From assembly GCA_002719675.1 (NCBI GenBank), contig PBID01000019.1, forward strand, positions 38,556-102,555: a DNA stretch of 64,000 nucleotides. The letters are read 5' to 3'. The position numbers and the translations under genes are program-made. Numbering within the stretch: the first letter of the stretch is position 1; each line of letters opens with the position of its first letter. Shown here piece by piece: positions 56,983 to 64,000 of this stretch. Under the pieces are notes generated by a model that searched no databases, was not told the DNA's origin, and was given only the letters and a program-made list of their open reading frames with translations. The DNA comes from Chloroflexota bacterium. GTDB taxonomy: Bacteria > Chloroflexota > Dehalococcoidia > Lucifugimonadales > GCA-2719675.

Positions 56983-58056
56983 TTAGGAAATTTTCACAGT
57001 CCTGCCGGTTCTAGAGGATTCAACAGCCGCATCTATAACTTCTAGAACATGGACTGCGTCTTGGATAGATGTGGGAGAAGACCCATCTCCTCGAGAAGCG
57101 TTGAGATGGCATCTTACAAAATCAGCTCCCGCTAACCCTCCGTATGCAGACGATCCAGGCAAATTATATGACTTAGACTGATAACCAGCCGGTTCCTTAC
57201 CTGGCATATCACTGAACATACCGAAAGAATCACCATGCGAAGAATCTATACGTGCATACCCCCGAGTACCTCGGATGGCCACTAACGCATCATTTGAACC
57301 TCCCATCTCCTCAGGCATAGGCCCAGCCAAATGGTAACCTGAATGGATAGTACCCATAGCACCACCGCTGAATCGCACTACCAATAAAGCTGTATCTTCA
57401 ACTTCTATTTGTTCAGGATTTTGAGTACCAAGCATAGCTGCTACCTCTACGATCCTATCATCTAGTAGATATGAAACGATATCAATATGGTGACAAGCCA
57501 ACCAAGCTAATATTCCTGTGCCGGCTGTATCTTTTTTGAACATCCATCCGTCTGGATTTCGGAAACGAACCTGGGAAGTAGCTAAGCGAGTTTCAGTAGT
57601 CATGATGTTACCAAAGTCTCCATTTATCCTAGCTTGTTTTACTTCCCGTACTTCGGGACGCCATCTATTCTGGAACATAACTCCCGTAGTAAGCTGCTTA
57701 ATTTCTGCAGCTTCCGCTACTTTACGTAGATCATTAGCATTCATTGCCCCTGGTTTCTCGAACATGAAATGTTTACCCGCATCAACACATTTTTGCAATA
57801 TATCGGAACTTATATCATTCCGAGCACACACCAATACAAAGTCAATTTCATCTCGAGATAGGAATTCCTCTAAATCACGTGTGCCAGAAACTACTTTTGA
57901 AGATAAAGCTGCTATTTCTTCTAATTCTCCTCCCTCAACAGCGCATAGATGGATATCATCAATTTCGTCAAGTTCATTAAAAGTCCTTAGGTGGCCCTTA
58001 ATATGTCCATGTTGTGCTGAAAATATAGCCCCGACAGTGAATTTTTTTTCGCCCAA
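56983..58056 (-). CDS. Gfo/Idh/MocA-family oxidoreductase, G+C-rich paralogue of 24563..25636
   Basis: 'FEKPGA', 'FKKDTAGTGILAWLACHHID', 'AVHVLEVIDAAVESSRTGRT', collinear with the other copy. Composition differs markedly from the flanks. Confidence 0.8.
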   Translation of the reverse strand: MGEKKFTVGAIFSAQHGHIKGHLRTFNELDEIDDIHLCAVEGGELEEIAALSSKVVSGTRDLEEFLSRDEIDFVLVCARNDISSDILQKCVDAGKHFMFEKPGAMNANDLRKVAEAAEIKQLTTGVMFQNRWRPEVREVKQARINGDFGNIMTTETRLATSQVRFRNPDGWMFKKDTAGTGILAWLACHHIDIVSYLLDDRIVEVAAMLGTQNPEQIEVEDTALLVVRFSGGAMGTIHSGYHLAGPMPEEMGGSNDALVAIRGTRGYARIDSSHGDSFGMFSDMPGKEPAGYQSKSYNLPGSSAYGGLAGADFVRCHLNASRGDGSSPTSIQDAVHVLEVIDAAVESSRTGRTVKIS

Positions 58057-58308
58057 TTTATCTCCTCCACTTTAAATAATACAACTACTTTGCGTAAATG
58101 CTACTCATTATTTCAAAATTTATCTAGTCTGAAATATCACCATCTGTTTCCAAAAGGTAAAAATTCATGGGATTAAATACTTCAGCTGAAACTAAAAAAG
58201 CTATGATGAATGACTGAGGAGTCAAAAGATAAAGAATTCATTCAATTAAACACCTCTATTAGTGAATCGGCGCTTATCTTTAGGTGAAACACCTAAATTT
58301 TAAATCGT

Positions 58309-59790
58309 TTAATCTGAAAATCTTAATGAATATATATCTGCATCATTCATTACGAAGCGTACCTTAACAGGCTTGCCGGATATCTTAGATAAATCTGTAG
58401 AACCTTTCCAAGACACATACCCAGATATCTCATCTCCTATCAATCCGTCACAGTCATCTATACCGTATCCTTCTAGAGGAGCACCAGATTCATCCAACAT
58501 CTCTACCCTTATCCTCCCTGCTGCACTTGTAGAATAATTTAACTCTAACTTGTTCCCTGTGAAATCTAATGTCTTAGTAAGCATTTGACCTTCATCATAT
58601 CCTGCATTCAATGATGAAAATCCATCTAGTCTCAATGTCATCCTCTCTAAATATGCAGACGGTTGAGCATAATGTCTCTGAATAAATATAGACATCTCTG
58701 TCGAACTTGTCTGAATTACACCAGAGGCAGGATAATTGTTGCGTGTAGTCCAGTTCTCATCGCCTATTCCAGGCTTTAAAAAGCTTTCTCTGAATGTAAA
58801 GTCATACCGTGTACTACCTGCACGCGTAGTCATAAATGCACCATCTGATGTATCTCCATAATACTTATATTTTTCAAAACCTTCCATATTGTCAAAAGCA
58901 TCTTGAGGAATATCATATTTCTTCATTCTTTTAAAAAAGATTCGGCCAGGTAATGATATATATATATGATTTGCTCGAAAATATGGAGTCGTCTGGTTCG
59001 TGTAAAGCTGAGCAGATGGTGTCATAGATCCAGTGTCACTGTACTCCATTGGAGTAAATTCTGACCAATTAAAAAAATCTGATGATGTAGCTCGTGCAGT
59101 AGATCTAAATCTTGGTATACCTCTCTCATCAGGTTTATCAAAAATTTCTTTAGCTACATCTTCCCAATTTTTTTCAAGTTTCCCATCGCCTCCAACAATA
59201 CATCTTGCGTAAATTACATATTTTGATTCAATCTCAGACCAAAAAATTATATTTTGTGCATCCCAATGATTGGGCAAACTACCTAAAATAATAGGGGCAT
59301 CTTGAATTTGACTCCAATTGGTTGAATCTGAAGTAGCGTATCCATAAAGATTCGAAGAATTTGTAGAATCATCCCAAAGGCCTCGCATATTTCCCTTAAT
59401 TCGTTGTGACTTGGATGCATTAGGATTAGTGTCCAAAAAAGCTCCAAAACCAGAACCTAATTCTATAAGTGGCATGATAATATTGTTTTGAACTGAACCT
59501 TGATAATCTATCAAACCAAGATTAGGCCTATTCCAATTTATCCCGTCTTCACTTTCTGCATAACAAAGTAAAGTTGAATGCCCTCTATAGTACATTCTAT
59601 AAACATCTCCATCTTGAAAAATATTTGTATAAAATGAACCAGAGCCGGTTTCGTCTGTTTCCCATGGTTGGTCATATTTGATAGCCTCACCTGCAGAAAC
59701 CGGATTATGTAACTTTAATGATGTTCGATTCATATTATCTATAAAATAGTGATCTACAAATAATTCTCGTTTGTCATCAAAATTAATCAT
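58309..59790 (-). CDS. Hypothetical protein, beta-propeller glycoside-hydrolase-like N-domain + beta-sandwich C-domain (GH32/GH43-like architecture)
   Basis: 493 aa, no signal peptide. 'LFVDHYFID...LKLHNP...PWE...YRMYY' and C-terminal 'LRLDGFSS...LELNYSTSAAGRIRVEMLDE...VKVRFVMNDADIYSLRF' resemble such proteins from memory only. Confidence 0.4.
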   Translation of the reverse strand: MINFDDKRELFVDHYFIDNMNRTSLKLHNPVSAGEAIKYDQPWETDETGSGSFYTNIFQDGDVYRMYYRGHSTLLCYAESEDGINWNRPNLGLIDYQGSVQNNIIMPLIELGSGFGAFLDTNPNASKSQRIKGNMRGLWDDSTNSSNLYGYATSDSTNWSQIQDAPIILGSLPNHWDAQNIIFWSEIESKYVIYARCIVGGDGKLEKNWEDVAKEIFDKPDERGIPRFRSTARATSSDFFNWSEFTPMEYSDTGSMTPSAQLYTNQTTPYFRANHIYISLPGRIFFKRMKKYDIPQDAFDNMEGFEKYKYYGDTSDGAFMTTRAGSTRYDFTFRESFLKPGIGDENWTTRNNYPASGVIQTSSTEMSIFIQRHYAQPSAYLERMTLRLDGFSSLNAGYDEGQMLTKTLDFTGNKLELNYSTSAAGRIRVEMLDESGAPLEGYGIDDCDGLIGDEISGYVSWKGSTDLSKISGKPVKVRFVMNDADIYSLRFSD

Positions 59791-59832
59791 TCAAATTCTC
59801 CTGTATTTTTAATAGATTTTACCAATTATATT

Positions 59833-61083
59833 TTATTTAAATGCAGTAACTACTTTTCTATTCGCATCAATAATTTGGCCTATATATTCTTCGCTAAAAC
59901 TTGGTTGCATTGGAATTGTTATTCCTCCAGACATTAATCTTTCACCATAAGTATTTTTAACCTTTGTGTAATCTATTGGAATCTCTCGATTATAATCTAA
60001 AGGAAACTTGGAATTCCCATACAAATTTGGCTCAGTAAGGAATGGATGTTTGTATAAAGGTCCAAGCTCCGGGATACCTAAAGGATAAGGTCCATAGGAA
60101 GGAATTATTCCTTCAGCTTCTAGTGCCTCGGCATATTCATATGCTGTGCATTTAAGTGAGTCAGTGTCTATAGTTAATTTTAAATTCCAATAAGTATGTT
60201 TCACCCCAGGCCGAACTTTTTGAGGTGTAATTTCTTTTATATCAGATAATCCATCAATTATAGTTTTTGCAGATCTAATTTTATTGTTTACATATTCGTC
60301 TACTTTTTTAAGTTGTACTCTACCCAAAGCACCCATAATATCTGTAATTTTATAGTTTGGAGCCAAGAAATAATTGGCATATGGTTTCCCTGTAGCAGGC
60401 CCATTTTTTCTAGGCAATGCAGCGTCATGAAATAATATGGCTCTCTCCCAAAGTGCAGTGTTATTAGTAAGAACCATTCCTCCTCCACCTAAACTTAAAT
60501 GTTTTCCACCAAAACTAAACCCAGAAATATCAGCCAAAGTTCCAGCAATTATGCCATTGTCTTCAGAAAAATGAGATTGACAACAATCTTCAATCAAATA
60601 TATCCCATACTTATCAGCTATTTTTCTAAGTTCTCTTACATTTGCAATATTTCCATGTAGGTTAACTACCAAAATAGCTTTTGTCCTTGATGTTATTTTT
60701 GTCTCTACATCAACTGGATCAAGACACATTGTGTCATCAATATCTGCGAAAACTGGCACACAATTTTGAAGTAAAAGACCTATTATGCTCCCACCAGATG
60801 TCCAAGCTGTTGTAATAATTTCATCGCCCGGATCTGGGTTTAATGCAGCTACACATGTGTGTATAGCCGAGGTTCCTGAGTTTACAGCTATACCATATTT
60901 GACTCCATATCTATCAGCATATTCTCGCTGAAATGCATCTATCTGTTCACCTTTTCCTATCTTTCCAGATCTTATTACACGTGAAACAGCGTAAATATCA
61001 TCTTCATCAAAATCATGTGTCGACCAATTTTGTGGATCAGATACAATAGGAACACCACCATTAATTGCAAGTTTATTAATCAA
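59833..61083 (-). CDS. DegT/DnrJ/EryC1/StrS-family PLP-dependent (sugar) aminotransferase
   Basis: 'FQREYADRYGVKYGIAVNSGTSAIH', 'LIEDCCQSH', 'SFSFGGKHLSLGGGG' (PLP-Lys region). Confidence 0.85.
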   Translation of the reverse strand: MINKLAINGGVPIVSDPQNWSTHDFDEDDIYAVSRVIRSGKIGKGEQIDAFQREYADRYGVKYGIAVNSGTSAIHTCVAALNPDPGDEIITTAWTSGGSIIGLLLQNCVPVFADIDDTMCLDPVDVETKITSRTKAILVVNLHGNIANVRELRKIADKYGIYLIEDCCQSHFSEDNGIIAGTLADISGFSFGGKHLSLGGGGMVLTNNTALWERAILFHDAALPRKNGPATGKPYANYFLAPNYKITDIMGALGRVQLKKVDEYVNNKIRSAKTIIDGLSDIKEITPQKVRPGVKHTYWNLKLTIDTDSLKCTAYEYAEALEAEGIIPSYGPYPLGIPELGPLYKHPFLTEPNLYGNSKFPLDYNREIPIDYTKVKNTYGERLMSGGITIPMQPSFSEEYIGQIIDANRKVVTAFK

Positions 61084-61255
61084 TCGCTATTACTCCCATA
61101 TTAACTAATTTAGGTTCAATAAAATTAGCCTGGTTGATATTAACATCTTTAGATTAAACAACCAGAAATAATTACCATCAATCCACTACTATAAAAAACC
61201 CTCAAAGGATTATGCAATTTACATAATCTTTTGTTGTTTGGTAAATAAAAATACT

Positions 61256-61786
61256 TCATTCCCGTTTCACAGCCCCTGCCCATGTCCAGCCTTCCAAACC
61301 TTTATCTTTTCCATCAAGAACTCTAACTTTAACTATAGAAGTAGGAAGTTTCAAGAGCGCAGTGCCTGGCCTCAGTAACATTGTCTTTTGACAATCATTT
61401 GAAGCAGCACCAATTATTTCCACTTTTGCTCCAATTTCAAAAGGAATACCAGGTTCTAGTTTAAATTCATTTAAGCTACAAAACTGTACCTTGCCTGCAC
61501 TTCTAGAATAATTCGACAGCGTTTCTTCCATTTCAGGCCATATACTAAGTGGTACTTTTCTTTCAATACATTTGTTTGAAATAATTCTTCTTACAAAACA
61601 ATCATCCAACTCTTGCCTAGATACACTGGAAAAATACGTCTCATCGGTTTGAACCAAAACTTTAGTACTTTGCAAGATACCAGACAAAGACGCTTGTTCT
61701 TGTGATGTTTCGGCAGTTTCTGATGAACTACAACTAATTGAAAATAACATCAACAAGAAAAAAAGAACTAATAATTTTACTTTCAT
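61256..61786 (-). CDS. Small Cys-anchored secreted protein, divergent family member D (unknown function)
   Basis: Leader 'LFSISC|SSS', then 'KVPLSIWPEME', 'FCS', 'NDCQ', 'VKVRVLDGKDKGLEGWTWAGAV'. Same order of motifs as members A-C. Confidence 0.7.
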   Translation of the reverse strand: MKVKLLVLFFLLMLFSISCSSSETAETSQEQASLSGILQSTKVLVQTDETYFSSVSRQELDDCFVRRIISNKCIERKVPLSIWPEMEETLSNYSRSAGKVQFCSLNEFKLEPGIPFEIGAKVEIIGAASNDCQKTMLLRPGTALLKLPTSIVKVRVLDGKDKGLEGWTWAGAVKRE

Positions 61787-61902
61787 GATTTTTTCTCCAA
61801 GACATTGTTTGAGTTTTTTATTAGATCTGCATAGTAAAACACATCTATTTCAATATCAACATCTTAAGTTTATTTTTATTATTAATTCACGTGATTCAGA
61901 AT

Positions 61903-62853
61903 CTATTTGAACTTTGGAACACCGGCAGTTTCCATAATCTGTTCTAATTCTTGTATTAAATGATTTGGCGGTCTAATCCCAGGAGGTCTTGGTGGGCCTA
62001 CTTTAAGGCCTGCTATTTCCATAGGAGTCTTTACTAATGGCCCTTCTCCAGCAGTCAATACACCTACTTTTTCAATCCATCTACGCCAACCAACTTTAAA
62101 TGAATCCAGATGATCTTTTACAGAAGAATAATCCTCCTTCTCAAGCAATTCCCATGTACGTAATGGATATTCAGGCCAGCATGTCCCAAGATGCCCGACA
62201 AACCCCTGTGCTCCTAAAGAATGACTCAAAGAAACTTGGTCTGTATTATCATAAATAACAAGTTCTTTGTGAAAAGATTCTATAATATCTCGAAAAGAAT
62301 CATTATCTGGTGCTGCCCATTTTAATGCTCTTACAATTTCAATTTGGGACAATTGATTTAATAGATCACTATTAATATGAAAACCCAACCACCAAGTGTT
62401 ATAAACCATTATTGAAATATCAATCTGATCCGATAACTGTTTAAATAATCTTAAAACATCCTGATCTGTGGCCGGATAATAATATAAAGGAGAAACTTGA
62501 ACCGCCTGTAATCCAACTTTAGAAGCATGCTTTGCAAGTTCAATAACTATTCTAGGATCTGTATGTTGAACACTGGTTAGTACAGGAACCCTATTATTTG
62601 CAGCTTCCACGGCAGTGGTCATTATAGTTTTACGTTCTTCTATATTGAGCAATGGATGTTCTCCTGCTGCCCCACCTACTAAAAGTGCTCCGTTTCCAGT
62701 CTTCACACCATGTTCAATTGTAAAATTCACATTATAAGAAAATGCCTCTAAATCTAGATCAAAATCTTCTGTGAATGGAGTGGCCATAGGAATCAGAGGG
62801 CCTCTCAGCCAATCTTTAATATTATTTGGATCCAACATATTCTCCTTTTCCAA
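61903..62853 (-). CDS. DapA/NanA-family (dihydrodipicolinate synthase-like) class I aldolase
   Basis: 'PMATPFTEDFDLD', 'LLVGGAAGEHPLL', 'VYNTW', TIM-barrel length. TTG start at 62853, or ATG at 62838 after AAGGAG. Confidence 0.75.
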   Translation of the reverse strand: MEKENMLDPNNIKDWLRGPLIPMATPFTEDFDLDLEAFSYNVNFTIEHGVKTGNGALLVGGAAGEHPLLNIEERKTIMTTAVEAANNRVPVLTSVQHTDPRIVIELAKHASKVGLQAVQVSPLYYYPATDQDVLRLFKQLSDQIDISIMVYNTWWLGFHINSDLLNQLSQIEIVRALKWAAPDNDSFRDIIESFHKELVIYDNTDQVSLSHSLGAQGFVGHLGTCWPEYPLRTWELLEKEDYSSVKDHLDSFKVGWRRWIEKVGVLTAGEGPLVKTPMEIAGLKVGPPRPPGIRPPNHLIQELEQIMETAGVPKFK

Positions 62854-62906
62854 TCCATCACATAAATTTAAATAACAACTACAAATTCATTAATTAAATT
62901 GTACAT

Positions 62907-63311
62907 CTAAGTATTTTTACATCTTCTGATAATTTCAGAGGTAGAAATCGCTGAAGTATAAGGAAGAAGATGAAAAATACCCATTTCGATTGGAACCTTA
63001 TAACAATCTTGGAGTAAATCTTCAGAAAAATCGTCACCGTGAACCACCAAGTTTATTTTGTGTTTATTAATCCATCCTAGATCTATAGACAAAGGCGCAT
63101 TAGGTATCACTTCATCTACATATCTACAAGAAGATATTGTAGCTATTCTCTCTTCCATGGTCATTATAGGTAAACGTTTGTAATCTTCAACAGTTTTGTC
63201 AGAATGAACCCCAACAATCAGATGATCTCCAAGTTCACTAGCTTTCTTTAATAAATTTACATGCCCAAAGTGAAACAAGTCACCTACCATATCAACATAT
63301 ATTCTCATCAA
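62907..63311 (-). CDS. Small HxGH cytidylyltransferase (TagD / phospho-alcohol cytidylyltransferase type)
   Basis: 'VGDLFHFGHVNLLKKA' (HxGH), 'VGVHSD', 'RYVDEVI', 134 aa. Confidence 0.85.
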   Translation of the reverse strand: MMRIYVDMVGDLFHFGHVNLLKKASELGDHLIVGVHSDKTVEDYKRLPIMTMEERIATISSCRYVDEVIPNAPLSIDLGWINKHKINLVVHGDDFSEDLLQDCYKVPIEMGIFHLLPYTSAISTSEIIRRCKNT

Positions 63312-63356
63312 AATTACCCTCCAAGTAAGTGTGAAATAATTTATTTCTAAAGTTTA

Positions 63357-64000
63357 TTAAATTTCCTCTTTCAAAACATATGATCTTCCTGATGTCTCGT
63401 GTTTGTTAGGTAAATAATAGTAATTTACCCCTGGTTTTAAAATTTCTATGTAAAGAATTTCTTTTTGTTTATCTTTTTCAATAATGACTGCGTACCAGGC
63501 CTGAGCTAATAAATCAAATTCGGCATAACCTTGGGAATCAGTTATACATTTTCTAAGCCCTACAATAGTTACATTAGCTGACTCAACAGGTCTATTGTCA
63601 TGTGTGAAAATTCGAATTTTGGTAATGTATTTATTTGGGAAAAAAAACTTGTGAATTCTAGTAAGTATACCAGATTGTTGGGGAATGACAGATTCCGGTA
63701 TCGAATTTACAATATCCTCTTCAAAATCCATTTTCTTTGGAATATACCATTCAGATCCATATTTAAGTGATAAGTATTTTTCAGGAGGATTTGGCACAAA
63801 GAAAGTAGTTCCAAGAAACGAGATTGATTTTAAATCATCATAAAGTTCAATGGGTATTTTGACCGCAGGGTATTGATAGATACTTCCGTCAAGTATCTTA
63901 TAACAAGTCCAATCTATCGGTATTCCTAGTTTTGAAAACTCAGCACCAATGTGGAACGAAGATTCGTTTACCTTAGCTTTGAAGCCAGCTCTCTTAAATT
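63357..64000 (-). CDS. LicD-like phosphotransferase C-terminal region fused to a carboxypeptidase-regulatory-like beta-sandwich (5' end outside the window)
   Basis: My hand translation shows the frame stays open from the tracked GVG-type start (GTG, 63797) to nt 64000: '...GIPIDWTCYKILDGSIYQYPAVKIPIELYDDLKSISFLGTTFFVPNPPEKYLSLKYGSEWYIP', LicD-like. The C-terminal 'ANVTIVGLRKCITDSQGYAEF' is CarboxypepD_reg-like. Confidence 0.5.
   Translation of the reverse strand, partial: FKRAGFKAKVNESSFHIGAEFSKLGIPIDWTCYKILDGSIYQYPAVKIPIELYDDLKSISFLGTTFFVPNPPEKYLSLKYGSEWYIPKKMDFEEDIVNSIPESVIPQQSGILTRIHKFFFPNKYITKIRIFTHDNRPVESANVTIVGLRKCITDSQGYAEFDLLAQAWYAVIIEKDKQKEILYIEILKPGVNYYYLPNKHETSGRSYVLKEEI

Noticed and set aside
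57518-58075. 185-aa plus-strand ORF antisense to the Gfo/Idh/MocA paralogue
   Set aside because: It arises from the locally high G+C. The minus-strand frame carries clear family motifs and a paralogue elsewhere, while the antisense translation is Ser/Pro/Arg-rich with no recognisable features.
58279-58301. Hairpin TTTAGGTG-AAA-CACCTAAA followed by TTTT, 12 nt beyond the stop of the GH-like gene
   Set aside because: The T-tract is on the plus strand, where there is no gene to terminate. On the minus strand the stem is followed by GATAAG. It is short and AT-rich, so I do not call it a terminator.
1-64000. CRISPR arrays, IS elements, prophage or toxin-antitoxin/defence modules
   Set aside because: I saw no regularly spaced direct repeats. 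No ORF has transposase, integrase, Cas, nuclease-ATPase or phage structural motifs. The remaining tracked antisense ORFs (e.g. 1944..2183, 10298..10717, 14558..14911, 35421..35798, 46382..46717, 56548..56901) sit inside stronger genes on the opposite strand.

Overview
AT-rich, very gene-dense bacterial chromosomal window. Hand counts of ordinary coding lines give roughly 27-37% G+C. I find about 62 protein-coding genes and one tRNA-Arg(CCT). I can recognise no rRNA, CRISPR array, transposase, integrase or phage genes.

Positions 1-49.4 kb are mostly core functions:
- serS, xth, thyX
- a 2-oxoacid dehydrogenase operon (E3-E1alpha-E1beta-E2)
- a pantothenate operon (Rossmann/DUF2520-like reductase, panB, panC) preceded by a candidate attenuator or small RNA
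- an RNase HI::MoaC fusion followed by pth, gatC, gatA
- priA
- a stripped-down division cluster, rsmH-ftsA-ftsZ
- mogA-trmD-rplS
- nrdR-nrdJ (class II RNR) with an NrdR box in its promoter
- pdxA-proC-yggT and trxB

Positions 49.4-64 kb are a somewhat more G+C-rich accessory block. It holds small-molecule catabolic enzymes (D-Thr-aldolase-like PLP enzyme, FMN hydroxyacid oxidase, enolase-superfamily dehydratase, amidase, amidohydrolase-2, Gfo/Idh/MocA). It also holds a sugar/glycan-modification cluster (GH-like protein, DegT aminotransferase, DapA-family enzyme, HxGH cytidylyltransferase, LicD-like transferase running off the window).

The most unusual signal is a four-member paralogous family of ~160-aa Cys-anchored (lipoprotein-like) proteins. 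They share an ELPLxLW...FC...C...KIRIxxTGxEGWxW signature. Two members each sit directly downstream of a different secondary transporter (MFS, EamA/DMT) in mirror-image divergent operons.

Other oddities:
- a G+C-rich collagen-like (Gly-X-Y) lipoprotein
- an AT-hook tail on NrdR
- a 35-nt repeat shared in frame by two unrelated adjacent genes
- a strongly G+C-deviant Gfo/Idh/MocA paralogue

Gene content suggests a streamlined marine monoderm such as a Chloroflexota/Dehalococcoidia-like organism: no mur/ftsW/ftsI genes at the division locus, ThyX, class II RNR, XdhC/MocA, and many paralogous oxidoreductases. That is inference only. All family assignments come from motif recognition by eye; no database search was possible.
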